Shown here: positions 49,010-58,652 of the stretch, piece by piece
Layout of the letters: each line of letters opens with the position of its first letter
Position numbering within the stretch: the first letter of the stretch is position 1
From: a bacterium
GTDB lineage: Bacteria > Patescibacteriota > Minisyncoccia > UBA6257 > GWB1-50-10
DNA: 64,000 bases
Reading direction: 5' to 3'
NCBI GenBank assembly: GCA_021801565.1
Contig: JAJYXV010000003.1
Location: forward strand, 293-64,292
Position numbers and translations under genes: made by a program
Notes under the pieces: generated by a model
The model's input: the letters and a program-made list of their open reading frames with translations, nothing else
What the model was told of the DNA's origin: nothing
Databases searched by the model: none

Positions 49010-49321
49010 GTGAATAACGATAAAAGAATTCTGAAAAAGTCCGAGTTGAAAGAGAATATTACATACATCGTCTGTCCTGATCCAACGTGTAAATTGTTTT
49101 TTTGTGAAACACGTGCATGTCCATGTATTTTAGAGTGTCCAATGAGGGAGAAAGAAAAACTTATATTTCTTTGCCCATTGTGTAGGGAACCTATTATTCA
49201 TGATGGATATTTTAATCCATATTTTCAACATATAACCCATGAGTGTACTGATACAGGAAGACACCCGATTATTTTTGCTACTGATAATCCATTTCGCCTT
49301 TTATATAAAATACCGACATAA
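49010..49321 (+). CDS. Small cysteine-rich hypothetical protein (zinc-ribbon-like)
   Basis: CPDPTC...CETRACPC...CPLCREP. No recognised family. Confidence 0.3.
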   Translation: MNNDKRILKKSELKENITYIVCPDPTCKLFFCETRACPCILECPMREKEKLIFLCPLCREPIIHDGYFNPYFQHITHECTDTGRHPIIFATDNPFRLLYKIPT

Positions 49322-49395
49322 TGTTGGTATTTTTTGTTTTAGAACAGTTATTTTCTAGAGTGAGAAGTTAGAAGAATATAAGGTATAATAAAATC

Positions 49396-49680
49396 ATGGA
49401 ACAAATAAAAGAAAAAATAGTAAAAATAAAAGAAAATGGACAAAGCGTGCGAAGAGAGGTAAGAAAACAAACTCTTAATTATATTCTTGCAGCGTTGGGA
49501 CTTGTTGCTGGTCTTTCATGGAATGATACAATTAAGGCGCTTATTGAATATTTTTTTCCACTTCAGGAAAATTCCCTTTTGGCAAAAGTGATTTATTCCA
49601 TTTTCATTACTTTTGTTGTTGTGTTTGTGAGTTACTATATTACAAAGGCGTTTAGAAAAGAAAGAAGCGAAGGAGAATGA
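49396..49680 (+). CDS. Small hypothetical membrane protein
   Basis: 94 aa, two predicted TM helices, followed by a terminator. Confidence 0.3.
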   Translation: MEQIKEKIVKIKENGQSVRREVRKQTLNYILAALGLVAGLSWNDTIKALIEYFFPLQENSLLAKVIYSIFITFVVVFVSYYITKAFRKERSEGE

Positions 49681-49708
49681 TTTTTTTCTTGATTTACTAA
49701 AATTAAAA

Positions 49709-49730
49709 GCCGCTCAAAGAGCGGTTTTTA
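49709..49730 (+). terminator. Rho-independent terminator
   Basis: GCCGCTC-AAA-GAGCGGT followed by TTTTT. Confidence 0.55.
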
Positions 49731-49887
49731 ATTTGGGGGGAATTAGTATGTTTTTACATTTTCATATGTAAATTTAGTGGAGTGAATAACCTGTTGATAA
49801 ATGAAAAATAGAATATAGATTTATGTAGAAAAATGCTGATTTTTTTGATATTCGTCTCCTATGTAAAATGGTTTTTGTTTTTTATGA

Positions 49888-49960
49888 TGTGTGGTGTATT
49901 ATGAAATGGAAGTGGGGAATTGTGGATAAGAGTGTGGATAAGTACCCATTGTGGGGGATA
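49888..49960 (+). promoter_or_regulatory. Array of GTGG(G/A) repeats with two perfect TGTGGATAA nonamers upstream of mraZ; candidate MraZ operator, also DnaA-box-like
   Basis: TGTGGTGTA, GTGGGG, TGTGGATAA (49921), TGTGGATAA (49934) and TGTGGGGGA at roughly 10-16 bp spacing. 11-80 nt upstream of mraZ ATG 49971. Confidence 0.4.
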
Positions 49961-49970
49961 ACTCAAAAAT

Positions 49971-50402
49971 ATGCTTCTTGGTGAATATAAACATACAATA
50001 GATCCAAAAGGAAGAGTTGCTATTCCTGCGAAGTTTCGAGAGAAATTTACTGCAGGTGCAATCGTTACTCGCGGTTTGGATCACTGTCTTTTTGTGTTTA
50101 GTAAATCCGAGTGGGAGATACTGGCACAGAAAATTATTTCACTTCCGCTTGCACAAGCCGACTCCCGTGCGTTTGCTCGTCTTATGCTTTCGGGCGCAAC
50201 CGATGTTGAGCTTGATGTGCAGGGAAGAATTTTGATTCCGGACTCACTTCGAAATTATGCGCAGATGAAGAAGCAGGTGGTGGTGACCGGAATGTATACA
50301 CGCGTTGAATTGTGGGATACGGATGCATGGGAAGCGTACAAGAAAAAAACCGAAAGTGCAGCAGATGAAATTGCCGAGAAATTGAGTGAGTTGGGAATCT
50401 AA
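49971..50402 (+). CDS. mraZ: Transcriptional regulator MraZ
   Basis: MLLGEYKHTIDPKGRVAIPAKFR and a second DxxGR repeat (ELDVQGRILIP). Confidence 0.8.
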   Translation: MLLGEYKHTIDPKGRVAIPAKFREKFTAGAIVTRGLDHCLFVFSKSEWEILAQKIISLPLAQADSRAFARLMLSGATDVELDVQGRILIPDSLRNYAQMKKQVVVTGMYTRVELWDTDAWEAYKKKTESAADEIAEKLSELGI

Positions 50403-50405
50403 TTT

Positions 50406-50499
50406 ACCAACAACAAACAACATACAACTAACAACATGAAAAACACAGAGATATATAAAAGTCCGCCAGTCGTTCGTTGTTGGTTGTGGGTTGTATGTT
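50406..50499 (+). repeat. ACAAC-rich / GTTGT-rich hairpin element (copy C), overlapping the rsmH start
   Basis: ACCAACAACAAACAACATACAACTAACAACATG ... CAGTCGTTCGTTGTTGGTTGTGGGTTGTATGTT. The right arm contains the rsmH ATG (50495). Confidence 0.5.
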
Positions 50500-51376
50500 A
50501 ATACATGAGCCAGTTCTTTTAAATGAAGTAATACAAGTTCTTAATCCAAAGTCTGGAGAATTTTTTATCGATGGTACGGTGGGAGGAGGGGGACATGCTG
50601 CGGCGATTGAAAAATATTTGGGGTCAGATGGAAGAATTCTTGCGGTTGATGTTGATGATGAAGCAGTAGAACGTACGACCGCGGAATTTAAAATTTCGAA
50701 TTTAAAATTTAAAATTTTCCATGCGAACTATACTGAAATCCCGGAGATACTAAAAAAAGAAAAATTGCCGAAGGCAGATGGATTAATTCTTGATTTTGGA
50801 TTTTCTTCTTTCCAAATTGACGATTCAAAAAGAGGATTCAGTTTTCTTCACGCCGCACCACTTGATATGCGATATGATATTCATTCAAAAAATGTTTCTG
50901 CAGAAGATGTGGTAAATGGAGTAAGCGAAAAAGATCTTGCTCTTATCTTTTGGAAATATGGAGAGGAGCGATGGAGTAGGGTGATTGCAAAGAAAATTAT
51001 TAATGAACGAAAAAAGAAAAGGATAAAGACAACTATTGAATTGGCACATATTGTAGAAAAAGCGATTTCACGAAAAGGACGCACCCACCCAGCGACAAAA
51101 ATCTTTCAAGCGCTCCGCATTTATGTAAACAAAGAACTTGAAAACGTAGAGACAATCATGAGGGAGATTTCGGATATTGTCGGCAACAATGGACGGGTCG
51201 CTGTGATTTCGTTCCATTCATTGGAAGATAGAATTGTGAAGAATGCATTTCGGGATCTTGTGAAGTCAAAAAAAGCAATATTTATAAACAAAAAACCAAT
51301 TATTCCCACTCGGACGGAAATTTTAAAAAATCCACGAAGCCGTTCCGCAAAACTCAGGGCAATACAAATTATTTAA
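50495..51376 (+). CDS. rsmH: 16S rRNA m4C1402 methyltransferase RsmH (MraW)
   Basis: MLIHEPVLLNEVIQVL...FIDGTVGGGGHA. The ORF track starts at the TTG at 50477. Confidence 0.8.
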   Translation: MLIHEPVLLNEVIQVLNPKSGEFFIDGTVGGGGHAAAIEKYLGSDGRILAVDVDDEAVERTTAEFKISNLKFKIFHANYTEIPEILKKEKLPKADGLILDFGFSSFQIDDSKRGFSFLHAAPLDMRYDIHSKNVSAEDVVNGVSEKDLALIFWKYGEERWSRVIAKKIINERKKKRIKTTIELAHIVEKAISRKGRTHPATKIFQALRIYVNKELENVETIMREISDIVGNNGRVAVISFHSLEDRIVKNAFRDLVKSKKAIFINKKPIIPTRTEILKNPRSRSAKLRAIQII

Positions 51377-51385
51377 TTTTTATAT

Positions 51386-51676
51386 ATGACCATTATTAAT
51401 CCAGCCAAAAATAGAGATTATATACGATTTTTGATAATGTTTTTTGGCATGATCTTTATCGCGGGTGTTATTTATATTTCAGAATATAACGCGTTTGTTG
51501 ATGCGAGGTATGAATCAAAAATATTGAAGCAGGATATTGTAAAACTACAGGAGCAAAATGCAGAACTGAAGAATTCATATTATCAAATGACGGATCCTAC
51601 GCGTTTAGAAAAATTAGCTACTGATTACGAACTTATTCTTGATCGACAACCAAAGTATTTAGGATCCGCGCAATGA
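51386..51676 (+). CDS. ftsL: FtsL-like small cell-division protein
   Basis: 96 aa, single TM plus coiled-coil. Conserved position between rsmH and ftsI; the call is by context only. Confidence 0.4.
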   Translation: MTIINPAKNRDYIRFLIMFFGMIFIAGVIYISEYNAFVDARYESKILKQDIVKLQEQNAELKNSYYQMTDPTRLEKLATDYELILDRQPKYLGSAQ

Positions 51677-53283
51677 AAAATTTTCGATTCTACGCACTCT
51701 TTTTTATTTTTGTCATATTATATAGCGCACTTGGCGCCAATCTTTACAAACTGCAGATCAGTAAGGGTGCAGAATTTTCGGCAAAAGCAGATGTAGTAAA
51801 AGAGATAGAAAAAGAACTTACTTTGCGTCGTGGTCAAATATTTTTTACAGATAAATTTGATACGAGTATTCCTATTGCTCTTAATAAAGATGAACCTATT
51901 ATTTTTATTGCACCAAATGAAATAAAAAGTCCGAAAAAGACAAGTGAGGAACTCAGCAAAATTTTCGGAATAGATGCTTTGAAGTTAGAAGAAGTGATTA
52001 ATTCAAATCCAGAGAGCTATTTTTTTCCGTTAGTTGATAGAGCGACTGAAGAGCAGGTAAACTTTGTAAGCGAAAAAAAACTTGAGGGTGTGCATGTAGA
52101 ACAAAAACAGTATCGTTCGTATCCATACGATAACCTTGCATCGCAAGTGATTGGATATGTTGGAAAGAATGATAAGAATCCAGAACCCACCGGGATTTAT
52201 GGTATTGAACGTTTTTATGATAAAGAACTTTCCGGTGGAGAAGATATTCATCTTACCATTGATAGAAATATACAATCGCATGCGGAACAGCTTCTCAATA
52301 GGTACATTGAAAAATTTAAGGCGACTGGGGGAACGATGATCGTGGAGAATCCAAAAACGGGAAAAATTATTGCACTTACTAGCAAACCAGATTTCAATCC
52401 AAATGAATATGGGAAATCAAATATAAAGAATTTTATAAATCCAGCGGTTCAGTATCAGTATGAACCTGGATCGGTATTTAAGCCGCTTACCATGTCGGCG
52501 GGGATTGATACGGGGGCGTTTACTCCTAATACAACGTTTGTCGATAAGGGATTTGTAACACTGAATGGGAGAACAATTCATAATGCGGAAAATAAAGTAT
52601 ATGGAAGGATCACTATGACGAGTGTGATTGAAAATTCTGTAAATACGGGAGCGGTATATGCAGAGCAACTTATTGGACATAAAAATTTTTATGAATATTT
52701 AAAGAAGTTCGGTTTTACAGAAAAAACAGGGATTAATTTACCAGAAGAAATTGCTGGAAATATACGGAATCTTGAACGAAAAGATGCGCGTGCCATTGAT
52801 TTCGCAACTGTTGCATTCGGACAGGGAGCTGCAGTAACACCGCTTCAGCTTGTGAATGCATTTTCGGTATTAGCAAATGGGGGATTGCTTATGAAGCCAT
52901 ATATTAATGAAGATGAAGCTCCGTATGTGGTACGGCGCGTGATAAGTGATGACACGGCGAAAAAAGTAACCTCAATGATTGAAACAACAGTTGAAAAAGC
53001 GAAAATAGCGGCAATTCCACAATATAGAGTTGCGGGAAAAACTGGGACAGCATACATTCCTGAAAATGGGAAGTATACAGAGGAAATGATTCATACATTT
53101 GTCGGATTTGCGCCAGTAAGCGATCCGCAGTTTGTCGTGTTAGTAAAACTTGATCGTCCACAGATCGGCGAGCTTGCGGGTCTCACTGTTGTTCCGGCTT
53201 TTCGTGAGTTATCCGAATTTATATTGAATTATTACAACATTCCTCCCGATAAGGTAAGCGCTGCACAGAATTCATCCCGTTAG
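51673..53283 (+). CDS. ftsI: Penicillin-binding protein (class B, FtsI-like transpeptidase)
   Basis: SVFKP (SxxK), SxN and KTGTA motifs. Its stop codon TAG lies inside the next palindromic element. Confidence 0.8.
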   Translation: MKNFRFYALFFIFVILYSALGANLYKLQISKGAEFSAKADVVKEIEKELTLRRGQIFFTDKFDTSIPIALNKDEPIIFIAPNEIKSPKKTSEELSKIFGIDALKLEEVINSNPESYFFPLVDRATEEQVNFVSEKKLEGVHVEQKQYRSYPYDNLASQVIGYVGKNDKNPEPTGIYGIERFYDKELSGGEDIHLTIDRNIQSHAEQLLNRYIEKFKATGGTMIVENPKTGKIIALTSKPDFNPNEYGKSNIKNFINPAVQYQYEPGSVFKPLTMSAGIDTGAFTPNTTFVDKGFVTLNGRTIHNAENKVYGRITMTSVIENSVNTGAVYAEQLIGHKNFYEYLKKFGFTEKTGINLPEEIAGNIRNLERKDARAIDFATVAFGQGAAVTPLQLVNAFSVLANGGLLMKPYINEDEAPYVVRRVISDDTAKKVTSMIETTVEKAKIAAIPQYRVAGKTGTAYIPENGKYTEEMIHTFVGFAPVSDPQFVVLVKLDRPQIGELAGLTVVPAFRELSEFILNYYNIPPDKVSAAQNSSR

Positions 53284-53413
53284 AAACCCTGCCCGCCGGT
53301 AGGCAGGTGCGATTGCGCCTAGAAGATATTAATTTAAAAAACATGCATACCATCGTCGAATATATAAAATATACACATATCGCACTCATCGATCGCGATC
53401 TGTTTCTAACTGG
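53276..53413 (+). repeat. Intergenic palindromic element, subfamily 1
   Basis: CCCGTTAGAAAC plus a CCTGCCCGCCGGTAGGCAGG hairpin ... GAATATATAAAATATAC ... GATCGCGATCTGTTTCTAACTGG. Abuts murF ATG 53414. Confidence 0.6.
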
Positions 53414-54718
53414 ATGAAAAACTTTTTTCTTTCGATTCTTAAAAAAAAGGTAAAATTTCTTGCAAAACTTACGCTGAAGCGCTACAACCCGGGTATTGTA
53501 GGTATTACGGGAAATATTGGAAAAACATCCACAAAAGAGGCAGTTGGAGTTGTACTTTCGCAAGCACGAAGAGTACGCGCATCATCAAAAAATTTTAATA
53601 ACGAATTGGGGTTACCACTTTCTATTCTTGGAGATTGGAATGTAACAGAAGGAATCTTTTTTTGGATGAAGGTATTTTTTAAATCGATATACCAGCTTGT
53701 CATTAAAAACAAAAAATACCCTGAAATAATTGTATTAGAATATGGAGTTGATCGGGCGGGGGACATGAAATATTTACTTGATATTGCACGTCCGCATATT
53801 GGTATTTTTACTGCAATGGGAGATGAAATGCCCGTACATATCGAATTCTTTAGCGGTATTGAAGCAATTGTGAAAGAGAAATCTAGACTTATACAACAAC
53901 TTCCTACAACGGGGTTTGCAATTTTGAATGCAGATGACATTCGTGTGATGGCAACGAGGGAATATACACATGCAAATGTAGTGACATTTGGATTTTCTGA
54001 AAAGGCAAATATGCGGATTAGTGGTTTTTCGAGCTATGTTTCTGAGGATGGTGGGGGGGTGACGTTTAAGCTTACGTATGGAGGAAGTGTGGTGCCGGTG
54101 CGGATTGATGGAGGACTAGGAAGGGCACCTGCATATGCCGCTGCGATAGGTGCTGTGGTTGGATTGGTGTTTGGAATGAATTTGGTAAAAATTGCAGAAG
54201 CGCTTTCTCATTATATTCCTCCAAGTGGACGAGAGCGTGTCATTCGTGGAGTGCGCCACTCAATTATTATTGATGATACATATAATGCGTCTCCAAGTGC
54301 TACAAAGGAGGCCCTCTCTACACTGAAGAGTTTAAGTGCAAAAAGAAAAATTGCTGTGTTGGGGGATATGCTTGAGTTAGGGAAATATACGTTTGACGAA
54401 CATCAAGCAATCGGACGCCTTATTCCTGAAAGTGCGGATTTATTATTTACTGTCGGTATCCGTGCAAAAATTATTGCCGAGACTGCTGAAAAAATTGGAT
54501 TTTCAAAGAAAAAAATATTTGTATTTACCAATATTCATGAAGCGGCAATGCAACTACAACAAAAAGTATTGCGCGGAGATCTTATTTTGATAAAGGGATC
54601 ACAAGGAGTCCGCATGGAACGGGTGGTAAAAGAAATTATGGCTGAACCGCTTCGAGCAAAAGAATTTTTAGTGAGACAAAGTAGATCATGGTTACGAAGG
54701 GCGGGATTGTATGATTAA
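53414..54718 (+). CDS. murF: UDP-N-acetylmuramoyl-tripeptide--D-alanyl-D-alanine ligase
   Basis: GITGNIGKTSTKE P-loop, GNFNNELGLP motif, Mur ligase middle and C-terminal domains. Confidence 0.7.
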   Translation: MKNFFLSILKKKVKFLAKLTLKRYNPGIVGITGNIGKTSTKEAVGVVLSQARRVRASSKNFNNELGLPLSILGDWNVTEGIFFWMKVFFKSIYQLVIKNKKYPEIIVLEYGVDRAGDMKYLLDIARPHIGIFTAMGDEMPVHIEFFSGIEAIVKEKSRLIQQLPTTGFAILNADDIRVMATREYTHANVVTFGFSEKANMRISGFSSYVSEDGGGVTFKLTYGGSVVPVRIDGGLGRAPAYAAAIGAVVGLVFGMNLVKIAEALSHYIPPSGRERVIRGVRHSIIIDDTYNASPSATKEALSTLKSLSAKRKIAVLGDMLELGKYTFDEHQAIGRLIPESADLLFTVGIRAKIIAETAEKIGFSKKKIFVFTNIHEAAMQLQQKVLRGDLILIKGSQGVRMERVVKEIMAEPLRAKEFLVRQSRSWLRRAGLYD

Positions 54719-54929
54719 AGCTCTACGAAATACGTTAGTTAGCGAAACAAATATATAAAAATCTCGTTATTCTTGCGCCCGGTATTTAATTTCGCTATAG
54801 TGATGGACGTTATTGGCCCTGTCGTTCCCGATTTCTCATCTGACATTTCAGATATGAGAAATCGAGGACTCTCGATTTATTTCCAATGGGATTGGAAATA
54901 AATCGGAGCTAACGACTCATTGACGGAGT

Positions 54930-55187
54930 ATGATATACACCCTTTATATCCTCAAATCGAACAAGAGTGGAAGATATTATGTAGGATCAACCAGTAATAT
55001 TATTCATCGTCTTGCAGAACATAATGGTGGTAGGGTAAAATCAACAAGAGCATATATACCATGGAGTGTGGCATATACGAAGACATTTCACTCACTTTCT
55101 GAGGCAAGAAGAAGAGAGTTGCAAGCGAAATCTTGGAAAAGTAGGGATGCTATTGAAAAATTATTGGCCTCATCGTCTAACGGCTAG
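54930..55187 (+). CDS. Small GIY-YIG (URI) domain protein (COG2827/YhbQ-like)
   Basis: YTLYILKSNKSGRYYVGSTSNIIHRLAEHN. Its last ~22 nt overlap the 5' end of tRNA-Glu. Confidence 0.6.
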   Translation: MIYTLYILKSNKSGRYYVGSTSNIIHRLAEHNGGRVKSTRAYIPWSVAYTKTFHSLSEARRRELQAKSWKSRDAIEKLLASSSNG

Positions 55188-55237
55188 GACAATGCCCTCT
55201 CACGGCATAAATAGGAGTTCGATTCTCCTTGGGGCTG
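55166..55237 (+). tRNA. tRNA-Glu (anticodon CUC)
   Basis: Manual cloverleaf. Acceptor GGCCTCA / TGGGGCT (two G-U pairs), D-stem GTCT / GGAC, anticodon stem ATGCC / GGCAT, loop CTCTCAC, T-loop TTCGATT. Discriminator G. Confidence 0.7.
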
Positions 55238-55314
55238 CACTTAGAAAATCATATCGAGATTTTGAGGTATAGATTTTCAAGTGCTCCGATCGTAGTATTG
55301 GAGCAAAAAATATT

Positions 55315-55920
55315 ATGAATATTCGCGCTATTGGTTTTGATTATGGTGGTGTCATCGAAGGGGATTCTGGAAGTGTATTTGAAAAGGGAGTGGGAGACCT
55401 TCTTGGTATAGATAAAGAAACTTTTAAAAAAGTATATTTTGAAAACAATTTTCTCGTAAATACTGGGCAGTTAAGTTGGGAGGAATTTTGGAAAAAAGTT
55501 TTGATTGAACTTGGAAAAACGGAAAAAACTTCCGAATTTTTTGAATTTCTCAAAAATCAGCCCAAACCAAGAATTAATGAGAATATAGTGCAACTTATCA
55601 GTAAATTAAAATCCAGGGGATATAAAGTTGGTATTTTGAGTAACAATTCAATCGAAAAAGCACAAAAAATTCGTTCTTCGGAAATTGCAAAATATTTTGA
55701 CACGATGGTTTTTTCCGAAGAGGTGGGGTATATGAAACCACAGCCCGGGATATTTGAAATATTCATAAAAAATCTCAATATAAAAATAGAAGAACTTGCC
55801 TTTGTCGATGATACTGAACAAAGCTTAAAGACAGCCAAGGAAGTTGGATTTCATCCTATCCTTTTCACCGATTATGAAAATCTAGTAAAGGATCTTCAAT
55901 TTATTGGAATTGAGTTATAA
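55315..55920 (+). CDS. HAD-superfamily hydrolase (subfamily IA-like)
   Basis: GFDYGGVI motif I, SNNS motif II region, K...VDD motif III/IV. Confidence 0.65.
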   Translation: MNIRAIGFDYGGVIEGDSGSVFEKGVGDLLGIDKETFKKVYFENNFLVNTGQLSWEEFWKKVLIELGKTEKTSEFFEFLKNQPKPRINENIVQLISKLKSRGYKVGILSNNSIEKAQKIRSSEIAKYFDTMVFSEEVGYMKPQPGIFEIFIKNLNIKIEELAFVDDTEQSLKTAKEVGFHPILFTDYENLVKDLQFIGIEL

Positions 55921-55929
55921 TTTTTATAT

Positions 55930-56826
55930 ATGAAAATGTTTGAGTCGGATGTGAATAAAAAAGAAGCGTTGGATAAACGTTTTGAAAATCCAGAAGTTTT
56001 GGAACTTGATGAATTTCCAAAGGGGAGAGTGGAAATAATTGACTTAGATCCGCGGGAGAAAAAAACAGAGATACCTCTCATGATAGTTCCTGGGTGGGCC
56101 GCAACTGCGGAGGTGTGTAAAGAAAACAGTCAGATTTTTTCAGAAGAACTAGGGCGTAGAACAATAACTCTTAATGCGCCACATGGAATCGAAACAGATC
56201 CACAAGAGGATATTCCACTTGCGGAATTACGAAAGGCGGCCGCGATAACAAGGGTTATGGAAGAGAAGAATATTGAAAAGGTTGATATACTCACACATTC
56301 TGAAGGAGCGCTTTTTACGACTATTGCGGCAATGCAAAATCCGGAAAAATTCAGAAGTATTGTATATTTTTCTCCTGCCGGGTTAGTTGGTGAAGATACT
56401 TTTTGGAAGCTTATATCCAGGTTTGGTTCTGATTTATTGCAACAGTGGAAAGATCGTAAAAAAAGTCCCGAACGTGAATCAAAAATAAATGCCGCACTTA
56501 TTGAAGCACTTAAAACATTTAAAAATCCTAAAATGTCGATTGATGAAATAATGGCTATTGCGGATTTGCAAATACAGGAAAATTTGCGGGAATTGAAACA
56601 ATTTGGTATAAAAATTGTTATTATGCACCCCGTGGGAGATAAGGCTTTTCCGATGGAAAAAATGCAAAAAATGGTAGATGGAGAAATGGTGAATGGATTT
56701 ATTTCTGTGGGAGATGCAAGAAAGACTGGGGAAGTTGCCGAAACCCATAATGCATGGTATTTGACTCCACGGAAATATACTCTTGCAATTGATTCGATAT
56801 TGAAGAATTTTGATGAAAAGAAGTAA
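55930..56826 (+). CDS. Alpha/beta-hydrolase fold protein
   Basis: THSEGA nucleophile-elbow-like motif and alternating beta/alpha pattern. Substrate unknown. Confidence 0.5.
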   Translation: MKMFESDVNKKEALDKRFENPEVLELDEFPKGRVEIIDLDPREKKTEIPLMIVPGWAATAEVCKENSQIFSEELGRRTITLNAPHGIETDPQEDIPLAELRKAAAITRVMEEKNIEKVDILTHSEGALFTTIAAMQNPEKFRSIVYFSPAGLVGEDTFWKLISRFGSDLLQQWKDRKKSPERESKINAALIEALKTFKNPKMSIDEIMAIADLQIQENLRELKQFGIKIVIMHPVGDKAFPMEKMQKMVDGEMVNGFISVGDARKTGEVAETHNAWYLTPRKYTLAIDSILKNFDEKK

Positions 56827-56916
56827 TAAACTAACCCAATATGAATATAGAAAAAAGAAATTGTCAGAATTGTCCGCCCGAGGCGGATCAGCCTTGGGCT
56901 GATAAATATTAAACTT

Positions 56917-58617
56917 ATGAAAGAAGAACGAACATGTCAAAACTGTAAAAACCGATTTGTTATCGAGTCGGAAGACTTTGATTTTTATAAAAAAATTAGT
57001 GTTCCACCCCCAACATGGTGTCCGGAATGCAGACTTATTCGGCGATTTTCGTTTATGAATTTGTGGAGTCTGTATAAACGGAAATGCTCAAAGTGTGGTA
57101 AATCAATGGTAAGTATCCATGCAGAAGATACCGAATTTCCAGTCTACTGTCAGCCATGTTGGTGGGCCGACGATTGGGATGGAACCGAATATGCTATGGA
57201 ATATAACCAAAATCGGCCATTTCTTGAGCAGGTACGGGAGTTGGTTAATAAAACTCCATACATGGGTCTTGAGAGTGCATATCTCACCAATACAAACAGT
57301 GATTATACAAACGGAACGGCATATTCAAAAAATTGTTATATGACGTTTTGGGCAGATTATTGTGAAAATGTTTATTATTCGATATTTCTTTTTAATCTTC
57401 GTGATTCGTTAAATTGTTATAGAATGAAAGATAGTGAGCTTTGTTATGAAGATGTTGGATGTTATAAGTGCTACACGACGTATTATTCTGAAGAATGTGA
57501 TTCATGTACCGATGTATGGTTTTCACGCTCTTGTACTGGATGCACAAATTGTTTTGGGTGTATTAATTTGCGGAATAAAAGCTATTGTATTTTTAATGAG
57601 CAATATACAAAAGAAAAATATTTTGAAAAATTGAAAGAATTTAATCTTTCATCATATTTTGCATTGGAGAATATAAGAAGGAAGGTTTATGAATTTTGGT
57701 TGAAATATCCTCGCAGAGCATATATAGGGAATAGTTTGAATGTAAATGTGACGGGTGACTATGTATATGAGTCGAAGAATTCACGCGACACCTACATGGC
57801 AAGTGGTGTTGAGGATTCGCGGTTTACTCAATTTATCTCAGTTGCAAAAGCGCATGATTCTTATGATTATACCGGATGGGGAAATGGCGCAGAACGTATT
57901 TATGAGTCATGTGTTGTTGGAGAGGGGGCAAATAATATAAAGTTCTCAAATGAGTGCTGGCCCGATGTATTGAATATTGAATATTCAATTTATGCAATTA
58001 CGTGCAAAAATGTTATGGGTTGTGTGAATCTAAAGCGCAAGGAATATTGTATTTTAAATAAACAATATACAAAAGAAGAATATGAAAAATTATCAACGCA
58101 TATCCGCGAAGAGATGATTCGAAATCCCTATGTTGATTCTTTGGGTCGCACATGGAAATATGGTGAATTTTTACCGTATGAACTTTCTCCTTTCACATAT
58201 AATCAAACAATAGCGTTGGCTTTTTTCCCAAAAAATAAGGAAGAAATTTTAAAAGAAGGAATACGGTGGCATGAGGCAGAAGAAAACGAATATATAATTA
58301 CCATACAAGCGAAAGATCTTCCGGATTCCATTCAAAATACAGATGAATCTATTTTGAAGGAAGTTATTGCGTGTGAAACTTGTGGAAAGGCGTATAAAAT
58401 TCTTCAGGGAGAATTAGACCTCCTAAGGAGATTTTCATTGCCGATATATCACCATTGTTCAACGTGTCGAAGAAATGCATTATTTTTTAGAACAAATTTA
58501 CCGCGTTTATACAATAGAAATTGTATGAAGTGTAATAAACAAATAAATACTTCATATGCACCCGACAGACCAGAAATTGTGTATTGCGAACAATGCTATC
58601 AAGCGGAAATGGTGTAG
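56917..58617 (+). CDS. Large cysteine-rich protein with terminal zinc-ribbon domains and internal Cys repeats (uncharacterised)
   Basis: N-terminal CQNC-x21-CPECRLIRR is mirrored at the C-terminus as CETC...CSTCRRN. Internal repeats GC[IV]NL[RK]xKxYCI[FL]N[EK]QYTKE[KE]Y occur twice. 566 aa. Confidence 0.5.
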   Translation: MKEERTCQNCKNRFVIESEDFDFYKKISVPPPTWCPECRLIRRFSFMNLWSLYKRKCSKCGKSMVSIHAEDTEFPVYCQPCWWADDWDGTEYAMEYNQNRPFLEQVRELVNKTPYMGLESAYLTNTNSDYTNGTAYSKNCYMTFWADYCENVYYSIFLFNLRDSLNCYRMKDSELCYEDVGCYKCYTTYYSEECDSCTDVWFSRSCTGCTNCFGCINLRNKSYCIFNEQYTKEKYFEKLKEFNLSSYFALENIRRKVYEFWLKYPRRAYIGNSLNVNVTGDYVYESKNSRDTYMASGVEDSRFTQFISVAKAHDSYDYTGWGNGAERIYESCVVGEGANNIKFSNECWPDVLNIEYSIYAITCKNVMGCVNLKRKEYCILNKQYTKEEYEKLSTHIREEMIRNPYVDSLGRTWKYGEFLPYELSPFTYNQTIALAFFPKNKEEILKEGIRWHEAEENEYIITIQAKDLPDSIQNTDESILKEVIACETCGKAYKILQGELDLLRRFSLPIYHHCSTCRRNALFFRTNLPRLYNRNCMKCNKQINTSYAPDRPEIVYCEQCYQAEMV

Positions 58618-58652
58618 TCTATAAAGTTAAAAGTCCATAAAATTTTTAAAAT

